Shown here piece after piece: positions 14,201-26,820 of a DNA stretch of 64,000 nucleotides. The notes under the pieces are model-generated. The model was not told where the DNA came from, ran no database searches, and saw only the letters and a program-made list of their open reading frames with translations. A program made the translations under genes and the position numbers. The DNA comes from Balanoglossus misakiensis (Eukaryota; Animalia; Hemichordata): the NCBI GenBank assembly GCA_040954595.2, contig CM082577.2, positions 12,185,654-12,249,653 on the forward strand, in the 5' to 3' direction. The number at the start of each line of letters is the position of its first letter. Within the stretch, counting starts at the first letter, position 1.

Positions 14201-14955
14201 GAGCTGTCTGTGGAGTTAAGTTGAGGGCAGTCTTTTCCAGCTATTGACACACTCCCACTTTCCTGTTGAATGGCTATTATGAACTGAATAATAAAACTAC
14301 AGTCAAACCTGTGTTAGTGGCCACATCTATATAGTGGCCACTTTGTTACAGTCCCTGTGCAGTTAACATGTACATTAATTGACCTGTCTATAAAAGCCAG
14401 TTTAGGAAAATCACTTGACTGGCCACTATAGACAGGTTTGACTCTACACTGTTTAAAGCCAAACCACAACACATTCAGTTGAGTGAATTAAAGTGCGTAG
14501 CTTGTCTCACACGCATGTGCGTAACTTCCCAGCAAATTTTCCATTCGATGCATTCAAATAGTGGACTGCCTTCGCTTCCTTCCATATTTCATGCGCACCG
14601 TATAAGTAGATTCTAGTTTTGTCCCTCCTTTTCACCCAAGCTGGTGTTTGTTCATGATCTCCGACAAGCTGCCATCTTGTGTGAGCACTGCCTTATGGGA
14701 TCGACTGTTCACTTAACGTCTGTAACCAGCGGCTACAGTTGGAACATGCGTGTGAGACGAGCTACGCGCTTTAAACTGGCCGCGATACAATCCATTTCAT
14801 TGTTGATGCTTGATTGATCAGTTTTCTGAACGCTTGTCTTCTTCTTTTAATTTGCAGGTATCGACACGGACGAGTTTGATAGTCACATCGAAGACTGGGA
14901 GGAAGAAGTTATTGAATTCTTTGTGAAAGAGGAAACCTTTGAGCTGTCTGAGTAG
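2216..14955 (+). CDS. EIF3B: Eukaryotic translation initiation factor 3 subunit B (RRM + WD40 beta-propeller), 17 coding exons, 682 aa
   Basis: Exons: 2216-2324, 3081-3276, 3922-4041, 4603-4660, 4936-5064, 6107-6264, 6948-7079, 7837-7903, 8600-8646, 9347-9557, 11008-11200, 11682-11760, 12558-12696, 13046-13171, 13523-13600, 14067-14175, 14858-14955. All introns are GT-AG with consistent phases; total 2049 nt. Diagnostic motifs: [94 protein letters not shown]. Confidence 0.97.
3700..3788. mobile_element. piggyBac-type short MITE, copy 1 (eIF3b intron 2)
   Basis: CCCTTTCACC...GGTGAAAGGG termini with (C)TAA/TTAA flanks; homologous to 7939-8023 (inverted) and 12339-12423. Confidence 0.75.
4115..4256. 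mobile_element. Tigger/pogo-type MITE (eIF3b intron 3)
   Basis: TA-CAGTCCAACCTGTC...GATAGGTTTGACTG-TA; same family as 14300-14444, in opposite orientation. Confidence 0.65.
5229..5518. mobile_element. Kolobok-type MITE, copy 1 (eIF3b intron 5)
   Basis: TTAA TSD at 5225-5228 and 5519-5522, AG...CT termini, about 26-bp TIR AGCGTGTAGCTCGTCTCACACGCATG; near-identical inverted copy at 14492-14770. Confidence 0.85.
6802..6929. repeat. Dispersed repeat fragment (TTAA-AGGGACACTAGCTG start, Kolobok-like end), duplicated at about 8212-8342
   Basis: CTGTAACTTTTG..TTCCAGTATTTTTGTTCT..ATTTCTTG.TCTACTCCAAACAGCA.GCTAATATACCC occurs in both intron 6 and intron 8, same orientation. Confidence 0.55.
7939..8023. 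mobile_element. piggyBac-type short MITE, copy 2 (inverted; eIF3b intron 8)
   Basis: Reverse complement of the 3700-3788 and 12339-12423 copies; ends GGTGAAAGGG-TTAA. Confidence 0.75.
9580..10479. mobile_element. CpG-rich non-autonomous element with large terminal hairpin (Crypton-like layout), eIF3b intron 10
   Basis: Hairpin at 9580-9738 centred on GAGCCGCAGGCGAG; 13-bp inverted repeat TTATCACATGAAC (9741-9753) / GTTCATGTGATAA (10467-10479); second internal hairpin at 9867-9960. Superfamily assignment is tentative. Confidence 0.55.
10538..10755. mobile_element. MITE with CAGGGTTCTCTC TIRs
   Basis: TA-CAGGGTTCTCTC...GAGAGAACCCTG-TA; superfamily unclear. Confidence 0.6.
11222..11505. repeat. 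Dispersed repeat (eIF3b intron 11), related copy at about 60965-61220
   Basis: Shared blocks AGAAT.TCAC..CCCAAGG.CCTG.GATCATAT.TCTCACA..AGTTGG and TCTGTC.GTGTAATACA...CATTGGATAACAT in both locations, same orientation. Confidence 0.55.
11878..12225. mobile_element. Fold-back (whole-length palindromic) Kolobok-type MITE, copy 1 (eIF3b intron 12)
   Basis: GGGACAAAGTCTCTCTCTCGCTGCCC...GAGAGAGACTCTGTCCCT-TTAA; arms of about 165 bp pair almost to the centre; second copy at 52780-53125. Confidence 0.85.
12339..12423. mobile_element. piggyBac-type short MITE, copy 3 (eIF3b intron 12)
   Basis: TTAA-CCCTTTCACC...GGTGACAGGG-TTAA with intact TTAA TSDs. Confidence 0.8.
13736..13913. mobile_element. Tigger/pogo-type MITE (eIF3b intron 15)
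   Basis: TA-CAGTAAAACCTGTGTAAACCGAAC...GTTCGGTTTAGACAGGTTTTACTG-TA. Confidence 0.75.
14300..14444. mobile_element. Tigger/pogo-type MITE (eIF3b intron 16), inverted relative to 4115-4256
   Basis: TA-CAGTCAAACCTGTG...GACAGGTTTGACTC-TA; its reverse complement aligns with 4115-4256 (CCAGTCAAG, CCTAAACTG, ACAGGTCAA, GCACAGGG, GACTGT, CAAAGTGGCC). Confidence 0.65.
14492..14770. mobile_element. Kolobok-type MITE, copy 2 (eIF3b intron 16), inverted relative to 5229-5518
   Basis: TTAA TSDs at 14488-14491 and 14771-14774; reverse complement of copy 1 over its full length apart from scattered substitutions and one short indel. Confidence 0.85.
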
Positions 14956-15508
14956 ACGTTTGCAATCCTTCAGTAATTCTGTCAACTCAGTTCTACATGT
15001 CAAATTGATTTTGAAGTTGTGTAACTGAGACCCAGTAATCAAAGAATGATATAAATGCATCTCTAATTAAAACTGGATAAGAAAAAGAAAATACCATCGT
15101 TTAGATAAATGAAGGACTTTTGAGTTTTCTGTTTACATGTATTTGAAATTTAACTTACCCACATCATTTGAAGTGGATAATTTTACACTGTCTGTAATCA
15201 TTTCTTTATCACACAGTTCCAGGAACAGACTTAAAAGCCAGCCCTATTTCTACATGACTTTGTTCAGTGTTTGTACAATTTCAGTTTTGTAAGACCAACC
15301 AAAACATCTTGTGCTACTGGTATCCATCTCCAGAGAAACTGTCATACGCATACTCCCTAGTGTATTTTCATTTGGAAAACAATTTTCTACTGGACTGTTA
15401 AGGCCAATGTCTGCATTAAATATTTACTGCAGACAAAATAAGGAAATACCAGTTTGATGTCATTGCAGCAAGGAATAGAGATGTCAACAAATTACAATGT
15501 TAATCTAC

Positions 15509-15526
15509 AATAAATAAGTGAATAAA
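15509..15526 (+). terminator. Probable eIF3b polyadenylation signals
   Basis: Two AATAAA (15509-15514, 15521-15526) about 550 nt after the stop, followed by a T/GT-rich downstream element. Confidence 0.55.
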
Positions 15527-17423
15527 GAAAACGATAAGTTTTTGTTGTTTATTTCATCCACTACAGTTGATCAACTATTGTGATATGTGCTGTAGGATGA
15601 CTTTTCTTGTTTTTGCTCACCATAACTTCGTGGCAAGGTCAGTTGAAAAAAAAAGAAAATTTAAATTTGAAACGAAAATATTTGTACTCAAATTGGGCAT
15701 TGTAGTAGTATAAACAAATGCAAGAAACACAGTTCTCAAAAAAGCTGCATACACATATACACACTCCAGATTTGACTATTGAGGGTGTAATTTGCCTACA
15801 AAATTTGGGTCATTTGGACCGAATATAAGGTTTTTTAAATGTCTGAGCCAAAAGAAAACAGTCAACCAGACCATGAGAAACAGAAGTAAGACCACCTTAA
15901 TGTTATAATAGACTATAACCATATCTACCGTCTGAACTCCTATATAGGCCACTTTCATATCATGACCCCGTATGACCTGATTTGATGCCTTATTGTGATG
16001 CCTAGCGCCATCTTGCGACGTAACATTCAACATCTTTTGTTTTATTAGAGACAACTTTCGCGGAGAACTTGTCAAAACGTCGCTGACGCCCCCCCCCCCC
16101 CCCCCGCGCGCCCCGATCGAAACATGCAAAATTGGTTGACGCCTTTCGACACATATCAAAAACAAAGTGGCCCCATACATTGTCACTTTTCTTCTAAGAG
16201 TAGTTGGAAGAAAGAAATCACCATAACAATAATTAGCATTGTTTTTCAAATTAGTTGCTAACAATAAGAATAACAATACCAATAAGTGTTGATTATGCAC
16301 ATATGGGCGATAGTGGAAAAATGCTGGAATTTAATCCTACTTTTAAGGTTTAGGAAGCCATTGAACATGAAACCACTGCTGACATACAAATATTAAAAAC
16401 AATTGTAAAAATAGCCAAAAGTTACAAATAGTGAACTTTTAATTATGCTTTAGATATAAAGTATATGTAGGTGATAAATTTCTTATTGCATGAAATACAG
16501 GCATTATTGGAACAGTTTACAAAAGGAGACAAAACAGACCCCTTCAAATTGCAAGTTGTATTCGTATTATTTAGGTCCGTACATATTACGCATAAAACAG
16601 CCCTAAAACATTTCGCAGAAACAAACAATGAAGTAGAGGATGAAATACTTTTCGTTTTCGCTACAAAAGTTACACAGAAAAACAAATTCAGAGTGATGAA
16701 CTTGTTTTTTCAAGTTCAAAATGTTTGGTCGTCAAACGGCTCAAGCCCTCTTTATTCAGTAAATGCACCAAGATTAGTATAGCGGTATTGAATGGGCTAG
16801 TCTTGGGACCCCTCCCCCCGAATCTGGAGCTACTTTAAATTTGAACGTCAATAAAACAATGAAGCTTTTATTAACATTTCAATAAAAACCTTATTTCAAT
16901 ACATGCACCACTAATCGTATTTCAATTTGGGGCAGGGGTAAGTCCACTAAAAGGAACAGCCTTTGCCAACTTGTTTTGCTTGCACCCCGTGAAGCCGTCT
17001 GCCAGGAGTGAATCATCTTGTAAGACACCTCCGACCTCTTATGACATTCTTTTTGTCATTTGATGTATCTCTGTGGACAGCCAATGTTGAGTTCATACAT
17101 CTGTCACGTGCAACAATTAAGAAAAAGGGATACGCTGATTGCGACCAATCAAATTGGGCGTTACAAAAGGCAGGAGAGGACAGGGATTACCCCCTGGTGG
17201 ATATCGGAACACACAGAGCATGTATCGCAGGACGACAGATGTTGCGATTGTGAACTGGATTAGGCAGCTGAAGGCGGATATTCGGCTTTACCATGACACG
17301 GTGGATGTTGTGACGGGACAGTGAAGTCTTCGGAGAGCTTATGGATATCCTTGTAGGACGAGAATACCCAGGAAATCGCCAACGTGATCATTGTTGTTGA
17401 TGTTTTCAAGTTGTGATCTGTAG

Positions 17424-18059
<636 letters not shown>

Positions 18060-18334
18060 TAAGCATTATATACGTTTGTATCCACACTCCACAGGAGGGA
18101 AGAATCACTGATAGTGATATATCGGTCAGTCCATGGATTGGTAATAATGGCCATGGTCAATAATATCCGCATTCTCATTGTTGTTGCAGATGGCAGCAAA
18201 TTATTGTACCGACTTATAGACTCAATGAAATCGTCGGAACATAAAAATGCTGCCATTAAACAATCAAGTTAATGCATTTGATATTAAGTACCATATAAAT
18301 TATGAAATTAATAAATAAAAACACGACAAATGTA

Positions 18335-18417
18335 CAGTGAAACCTGTCTATTAAGGACACCTCTGAGACCAGAAAATCTATCCTTAAGAGATGTGACCAT
18401 AATGACAGGTTTCGCTG
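18335..18417. mobile_element. Short Tigger/pogo-type MITE
   Basis: TA-CAGTGAAACCTGTC...GACAGGTTTCGCTG-TA. Confidence 0.65.
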
Positions 18418-20835
18418 TATATAATATGTATATATATGTATGAAATTGAAAGGAATTTCTCACTGACTATAAATTAACTATTAGCATGTGGGTTCCACTA
18501 GAAACACTATACCGATATTCAAAACTGGTGTGTATACAAACGGCGGGTAAACTCTATCAACCTCTTGACACACGCAGCGACTAAACCAAACACTCATGAT
18601 TATATGTGTATCCCTGACAAAATTATTCCAGCAGTGACTAATGCGGTCGTATGCTGCATGTATGAAATGTCCAAAATAGAAACGTATGAGAGTGAGTTGG
18701 TAGACAGTTAAATTCCTAACAGTGAATGGTACATGCATTTGTGAGGGCACAATAACTAGCTTAATTAATTGGGATGCGGGTTAAAAAATAATTAGCGTTT
18801 CTGTCATAACCATAAAATTGTTATGCCTTTTTTTTAAATATTCCATACCAATTGCACTATGTTTAAACGGTCATTGGCCCAAACAAGACTGATATTCATT
18901 TTTTGTATTACACTGCCATGATATGGTGACCTGTTGTCTAATATTTCGTTTAAAAAACATAAAAAATGGGTCATGTGTTGAATTGCTGTTATGACTACTG
19001 ATTGATTCACAGGGACAAAATACAATTTAAATACTGCAACGAATGATGACCATTGTAACCTCTAAAATTCTTCTCTTAGAGCATTACCAATGTGTAAGAT
19101 TTTTTTTTGCATACACAGCAGTTACAATGTAGGGCAGTCATCAATGCTATTGATACTGTCAAGTTGAAAGTTCAAAAACGAGAAGGCAAGATACAAAATG
19201 TGTACTACTATAAGTTCAACAACAATAAAATCAGACGGGACTTGATAATGTGATGTAGTTTTTTGTAGCCAGGACTCCCTGCACACAAACGTGGCAACCA
19301 CATACATGTACAATGTAACTGTAAGAGCATTCTGTAAAGCGATATTTTGATCCATCAAATGCAAAAAAAGTGATGTTCCCTTCCCAAAAGAGTCCTAGAT
19401 TGTTGTAATAATCCAAAGGGTGATCAGAAATTGTCAGTTTCAACTTATACTGTGGTTGAATAGCAGTTAAAGTACTGGACTGAGATTCAGTGTTATAAAT
19501 AATGTGTACATTATGTGTATTGGGAGTGTCTATTTCTCATAAATCTACCCACAACAGATATGCTCAAAACATAAACAATTGTTGTATGAAACATGTTGAA
19601 AGACATAACTTTGTACGTAGTTGGTACTTTCAACCTGTTTCAACAGTACATGTACTAAATTAATAGGAACACAATTTTTGTTTTGTTTTCATGCAAAAAT
19701 GTACTTAGAGAGGAGAGATCAATGAAACTATTTTTTAAAAGAATATGGTTCTGAGAGTGAATGTAGCCATGCCAAAAATCCCTTTGTTCACTGGAGTGTA
19801 ATTTTATCAAGGACTAATTAGAGAAATTAATCAATGTTGTTTGGGCAGAAAAATTAGTGCCAAATCAGTTTATTTTCTTTCACTGCATGCAGGATGTGTA
19901 CAAAATATTTTTAGATTAGCCTTATTAAAGCAACATCAACAACTCTGTGGGAAGCAGATAAGCAGAAACATGCAGAATTGATAGACACCAAGCTGTATTT
20001 AATGAATCTAGTGAATTTGTTTGTGTTTTCAGAAGAGAGATGGGGGTCACCGGTCACTGATACAACACATTGGAAATGTCTGATTGTGTGTAGAAAAGCA
20101 ACTTACTGACTGAAAGATTAATTGCAATCTTTTATCTGGAAAAGATTAAATATGGATGCAACAGCTGACACTGTTGGTGTTGGCATTATTCACTTGAAAG
20201 CCAGATTTTGAAAGGAAAGACGTATGACATATTGGTATATCTGTACATGTATGAGCTAGCCAGTATTTAGCGAGTCTTGATTTTAAAGCAGAACATCACT
20301 TTTGGTGTTTTATTTTGATTTTGAATACATCAACTGCACTTTTTCTCTTCTCTCTGGAGCTAATATTGAAATATCTAGAACTCAGCTTGTCAACACAGTT
20401 AAGTATAACTAAATAAATGTACGTATGACATGCATGCTTTTGTTCACAATGGAATTTTAGCTTAGTTAGAAATTCATTTTGTCAGTATGCAGACTGTGCT
20501 AATGGGTCGAATTCTGAACATTGTTGAATTCTGAACATTTTGTCATTCTTTAGCCTAGGGGTGGAAAATTAAAAAAAAAGTCATATTTGATGCCGAACAT
20601 AAATTACTACAATGAAGAAAAGAAATCGTCTAATGTTTGATACTGCCTCTCCCATATAAAATGTTAACAAAATCACAATGAATGTAGTCTTCAGAAAACT
20701 ACCAGTTACCACAAATTTAATCAGCCATTGTCGGTGCAAATTTCATTTGCAACTTTTATATATAGCATCAGCCCAAGGATGATGCTGACCTTGGCATTTT
20801 AGTGCTGAATATCAATGAAATGCATTCATGATGTA

Positions 20836-21045
20836 CTGTAAAACAGGTTATTTTTGCAAGCAATAAATTTTCGCAAAATATGCGAGAACCCCCCAAAAAC
20901 GTGAAAATAAAAAGTCACGTAAAATGTTTTTCGGAGATAACGATGCAGTAAATGAAATATGAGAACGCAAAATTAATCCTCGTGTAACCGTTGCCTCTCT
21001 TGATATTGTGAAAATTTCCTGTCGCGAAAATAGCCCGTTTTACAG
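20836..21045. mobile_element. Tc1/mariner-type MITE family TACTGTAAAA, copy A (HS3ST intron)
   Basis: TA-CTGTAAAAC...GTTTTACAG-TA; homologous to 43016-43219, 53639-53836, 58009-58216 and 60462-60664. Confidence 0.8.
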
Positions 21046-24000
21046 TATCTTGGATGACAAATCAGCACACCCACCATGCACGATGACGTCAACTGAAGTG
21101 CAGAGTGCGTGTTACGTAATCACCGGCTTTAGAAAACATGTCACTGCTTTACATGAATCTGAGTGTCACACACTTCTGAATGGCTACTGAACCATGACTG
21201 GTGAAATTCTCACGGGACCTAATCAGTCATCTATTGTTTCCACACAAGCCTGATGAAATTAAGTCTTGTTAATCAAATTAGTGATTTTGGTCATGCAGAA
21301 CTAAATACAAGTAAATTGTAGAACCTAGCACCTATGATGTCATGTGTCATTTTCCTGTAGATACAAACTAGTCCCTGACCAAGAAATTATTTTTCTTAAA
21401 TGATAATCTGTCTGTATTGTAAGCTGGCATTTTGTGAAAAACATCCCTTTATAATTTAAGAAAGCTGTGTTTTATCTTGGATCCCATTGTCACAGAAACC
21501 AATCTGTAAAATCCAAACAGAACAGTGATTTGACAGACTGCCAGACTTGGGAAACTGTATGATCAGAGAAATGGCTGAAATCTGGAATTTGAATATATAT
21601 CAATCAACAAATATGATCAACAATTGTGTACTGCAGTCAGCAGTTATGTGTGGAATTTGTTCGTGTGACTTTTGATCATTGATACCCTATTGACAATCTT
21701 TGATGCTGCAGAACGATGATCTTTGGTCTCCCCAAATGGTACTTGGTAATTGCATCCTCAGAAAAGATGGGTCCCTGGAAAGTTTGATATTTTCAACTCC
21801 ACACACCTGTTGCGTCAAAAACTCAAATGGTGACCGTGCAAGTTTGATGGTTCTTTTTACTTTGCAGCAAGCATGTCCAATCATACCATCTTTGAAAAAA
21901 GGCAGTTTTTATGATAAGACACTGACACACATTTGATACTGATAAGTTCAAATTTCTGGCTGACGTTTGGTTTGAATAATTTCAATTGTAAGGGTGGATC
22001 ACAACAGAATTGGCTTTGACATACACATACACACACACACACATTCATACATGATACATACAGTGGGTTAGTGGCTAGCCTATTTATCCAGATGTTTCGT
22101 TACACTTTATTAGCAGTTGATTTTAGTACTACCATTGACAGATAGAGATTTAAACATGTATTATTTCTACTACACGGATTCCTCCCTTCTGACCCTTTCT
22201 GTTTCCATGGCGATACATTGTGTGGAGTTCAAGCAATATCATGACACACACCAGACGTCCAGGTTGTTTGGCTGTTTGCTTGTGAGACCTCTGTAGCTGG
22301 AAGTAACAATGCTTTGTCCGTTTTTCTTAGGAGGAACTTTTATTTTTGTCTTGCAATCAATGCCTTTTGTGCCGAGTGTCTTTTGATGGCAGCAGCGTGG
22401 ACTAAATCCAGGAATGCCCTGGGGAAGTTTTGTTTGTGAAGAGTTTGAATAACAGAATTTGAGGGCAAAAAACACCGGGTTGTGGAATCGGTTGATTTTT
22501 AGACGGGGGAACATGTTCATGTACATGTACAATGGTTAGCGATCATGAAAGTACTGGCGCGGCTGTGTTGTTTGCTGGGTGGTTCTGGTCTGTCCACACG
22601 GAATTTGCAATACACTTGGTCTTTCTTCAGTGCCTTGCAGGCATGTGTAGCATTTTCTGCCCTCCTTTGTAGGGCAAGGGGTTTGTTTTTCAGTTTTCAC
22701 TTATGGACCGCTTCCCTGAGTCGGACAATCGGCGTCGTCTATCACAGACTGAAAGCAAGTTCTGAAGGGTGCAGTCTCGCTTGACTCGGGAGGATTAACA
22801 TAATTTTCTAGCGCCAGTCCATCCTTTGAAAGGGAAAATGCTGTATCATGATTTGTTCATATGGGAAAGAAACACGCGATGATATTTTCAATAACAGCGC
22901 GCATTATAGACAAGTTAATTTAAAAAGTGTAATATATTTCCATTGGTGAAGTTTCCGGTTTAATGCTAATCAATCATGTCTTTAATTCGAAACATATTTT
23001 GAATGGATGACTTGTCATATTTGAAAGTAATTATTTCAGCATGGAAGATGTATGGCTTCCCTTGCAGTGCATTGTTTATATCTCTGCCCAGTATGACAAT
23101 GACAGATATAGAAGCCATTGGCAGTGTTACACGAAATAAGAGGTTGTCATGAAATGATACATTATAATTTTGTGATGGAAAAAAGCTTTGTTTTTGCTCA
23201 GGTTGGGGGACAATATGGAAAATGATTTGGAACCACGGTAACACTGCTACCCATCAATAGTAATACAGATGACTGCACTGATGTGCTGTGAAATGATTGC
23301 AGAACCCGGCCTTGTAAGATACATTTGTATACCTGGGTACTGTCCTTAACAAATACATAATGTACACTGGAAAAGTTTCACCGTGCCAGAGTGTTCCGTG
23401 GCTAAGGAAATTCCGACCGCTTTGTTGCACTGATGTACGACACTTCTGGATCGGGTTGAAAAATAGCCCCACGACCGACATACTGCAACTGGTTGCCTTT
23501 TCACTTATCTCTCACAATCACAGAAGTGTTTTTCTTTGTTCAGTTATGTCCTCAACTTGACAAGCTTTGCAGATCAAATTTGCAGATTGACTGTACTACA
23601 AACATTTGAATAGCCTCTTCAAATCCCACACCAGGATGGTGCATGTAAAGTGCTGCTGTTGGTCTGCTCCAAGTCTATTGACAACCCTAACATTTGTTTT
23701 TGTTACCCAGTGCACTTTTCAATGGCTGCCGGTTGCTAACTTAATCAGAGAGAGTCTGACTTGACTCCTCTGAGAGGCACTGTGTGTGTACATGTAGTAC
23801 CTGGGCTTTGATCAAACAGGTTGAGAATTGCATTTTTATCAAGGAAACATATTTGTACAGCTTTGTAGTGTACACACTCTAAGTCCACAGTATCCACACT
23901 CCACAAAAAAAATCTGACTAGGCTGTGCCAACAAACAACCGAAGTCAGTGGTGTTGATTCTGCAGCTGTTGTGCTCTGTAAGTCAGCCAGGGCGACAGTG

Positions 24001-26734
24001 GGCACGTTTTATGAAGAATAGCGATCACGATTGGCCAATAGTAGGGAATAACTCGGTCGTTGGGAGTCAGGGAAAAAAGTACAGGGCTCGTTTCATTGTG
24101 CAAGTTTCAGTGCCATTGACAACGTTAAATATTTGGAAAGAGGATTACCAGTGGTTTGCGGATGACTTAATAAATCCTTAGCTGCAGAATAATACTAAAA
24201 GAAAATGTGTTTATAATTTAATTGGGGGTTTTGACAGCGTACAAGGTTAACTGTTTCTCAGACTACCTTGAGGGAGTAATTTGTATCTTGTGTGACAGAA
24301 TATAATGTCACTTTCAAGGTTTTCGAGAGATAATGGTGACCACCAATCACAAAGTCTGTTACATGTGTGCGGTGCTACATGCATGTATGCACTGTCAGAA
24401 CCAGGATTGTGTATGTTGAAAATGACCACAATGAAATTATTATGAATTCTAATAAAAATGAAATGAAACCAGGAGTAACAGCTGTCAAATTAGATTCTAT
24501 ATACCAGTGAATGGCCATTTCTCGGACTGTTAAAAACTAATTCTTTCCAAAGTTCAAGTGATCGCACCTACTAGTGGTTTGAAGAGACTGGCCCACGTGA
24601 TGTTTTTAATCCCTACTGCACAGAAATGAACAATGGCCCCCTTTCTTTGTCTGCACATTCACAAAGTACTAACCCATGAAGATAAATTGTTAGTTTTGAT
24701 TGTCGATTTAGTGAGTTGACTATTGAACATTCCGAAACAACTCTATAAAGGACAAAATCAGCGGTGAGCCTTCTGTGAGAAAATAGACTTCGGAGTGCGT
24801 TTTGATTATAGCTGTCTGTTGTGTACTTGTCAAGCAAATCGCAGATTTTCAAAATAATGCAACAGAATACTTTGAAAACAGAAGATTAAAATTGTCTTGT
24901 AAAAAATGTTTTCTGGCAAAGTTGATGAACGTGTGTGGTACGTTACCTCAACACAATGTCGTAGTGATTGAATTGGTCAGTTGCTGAAATACCATTCCAT
25001 AGCCTTTGACCTGTACATACCTTGAAGCTAAATAATTTACTCAACCTGGTAATGAGAAATTATGTGAAACTGTGATTGACCAAATTCCTCTCTAATTGGA
25101 TCATGAATTGTCAAACGTGGTTCAGTGTTGGTGGATGTATCATCAACCCTTGTTGAACTTGTTATAACATTTTGTCAAATTTCAATACAAATTCATGTAC
25201 ATGTATGCACCTTGTAAAGTTGTATTACTGAATACAAATTTCTGTAACAGTGTTAGTGGAATTTAGGTTCTGAGATTGGCCGTTTGTTTACATGGTTCTG
25301 TCCATTGACCATTTTCTCTCATCATTGACGTATAGATTTACAACTGTATTTGTTGGTGAAGAGACAAATCACAGACCTGTAGGTTTGAAGGCTGTTTTAT
25401 TGACATTTTCTTGACAAAAAGTGAATTCGGCCTCTTGACCACTTTGCACCTTTCAGTGTTTGTGAATGATGTGTTTATAGCAATACGTTCCAATGATGTC
25501 AGCAGCGGCTGACAGAATCTGAGCCAATAAACGCTTCAGTGCCACCTGCACACAACCTTATGATCGGTTGACGTTGAAGCCAACATGATACACCGTTACA
25601 TAGTCCGCACCTCAGGGTAAGATTTTCAGGAAAATGATTCCTCCAAACTTTTTAAATCTTGGCGATATTGAAGTAAAGCAGGAGTATTTTTGAAAAACAG
25701 TCTAGAGAGAGCAGTGTCGACCATCTTGTTTTCATACAAATCACTACATACTGAAACTTTACAAATTCTTGATAGAGATAACACAGCGATTGGTGGCTAT
25801 TTTGAACTTCAAGTTTACATGTAGAGAGACAATTTGGCTCTCTCATTCCAAATTCTGCACTGTCTGTGTCCCCAATTTTTGTTCTCAATTTTAACTGTAA
25901 GAGAGAAAATCCTTTAGCAGCTACATGTACATGCATTGCATGCACATCCCAGCTAGTACATGTACATGTAGCTGAACACCCCATCCCAGCTAGTAAAGTT
26001 CAAACACCACATCACTCTGGTCACCACAAACATGTACACACCAACACCCAAGTACATGTACCACCCAATCCTTAGTACAGCACACGTACACCCTCCCATG
26101 CTGCACAGGTTCATCAGCTGTGTCTGTTTTAAGTGTTTCCATCTGACGTGCATTCCAGCTGGGGTGTAGCAAAGTTCAAATTGGAGATTTTGTGGGATTC
26201 TGCATTTCGTGAGGAGATACAGGCAGCAGTACGTGTTTTCAGTGAGTGTGGGCACATAAAGTTATCAAGGGATGACCTTTCCCGTCGGCTTTCAATGTGT
26301 GTGGCTTTTGGACAGTATTTAATGAAGCGTGCTGAAATTGATGTGTGACTTGTCGTGACATAATGTGTCAAAGGTGCGCTGACTTCTGCGATACTTGCAA
26401 GGGGAAATGCCTCCATGTACATGTGTCTTAGTTACCAAACACCCTGTTTTCTGCTGTATCTGGCTTCCACTGTGCTGAGGGAACTGGAAAGATTGAAATG
26501 GTTGCCTTTCTGAACATTTTTCCTGCATACGTGATATGTGTGTAGACCTAAATTTTTGTACATGTATGGTTTCTGTGTATATTTTATTTATTTTCTATCC
26601 AGTTGTAATGTGGCACTTACTACATGTATACACTTACAATAACATTGAGCCAATTTGTGTATTTTGTAGAATGTGGTTATTTTGTGTAGTGGAAGGCTAA
26701 ATGTGAAAAACAAAGATCCATGTGTTTGGGTGAC

Positions 26735-26739
26735 AATGG

Positions 26740-26793
<54 letters not shown>

Positions 26794-26820
26794 CGACGGT
26801 GATGATGATGATGATGGTGA
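26735..26820. repeat. (GAT)n microsatellite
   Basis: Direct reading; explains the poly-Met and poly-Ile ORFs. Confidence 0.95.

Noticed and set aside
15776-16300. 174-aa minus-strand ORF between eIF3b and HS3ST
   Set aside because: Non-ATG start, crosses a poly-C tract, no domain features; more likely repeat-derived intergenic DNA.
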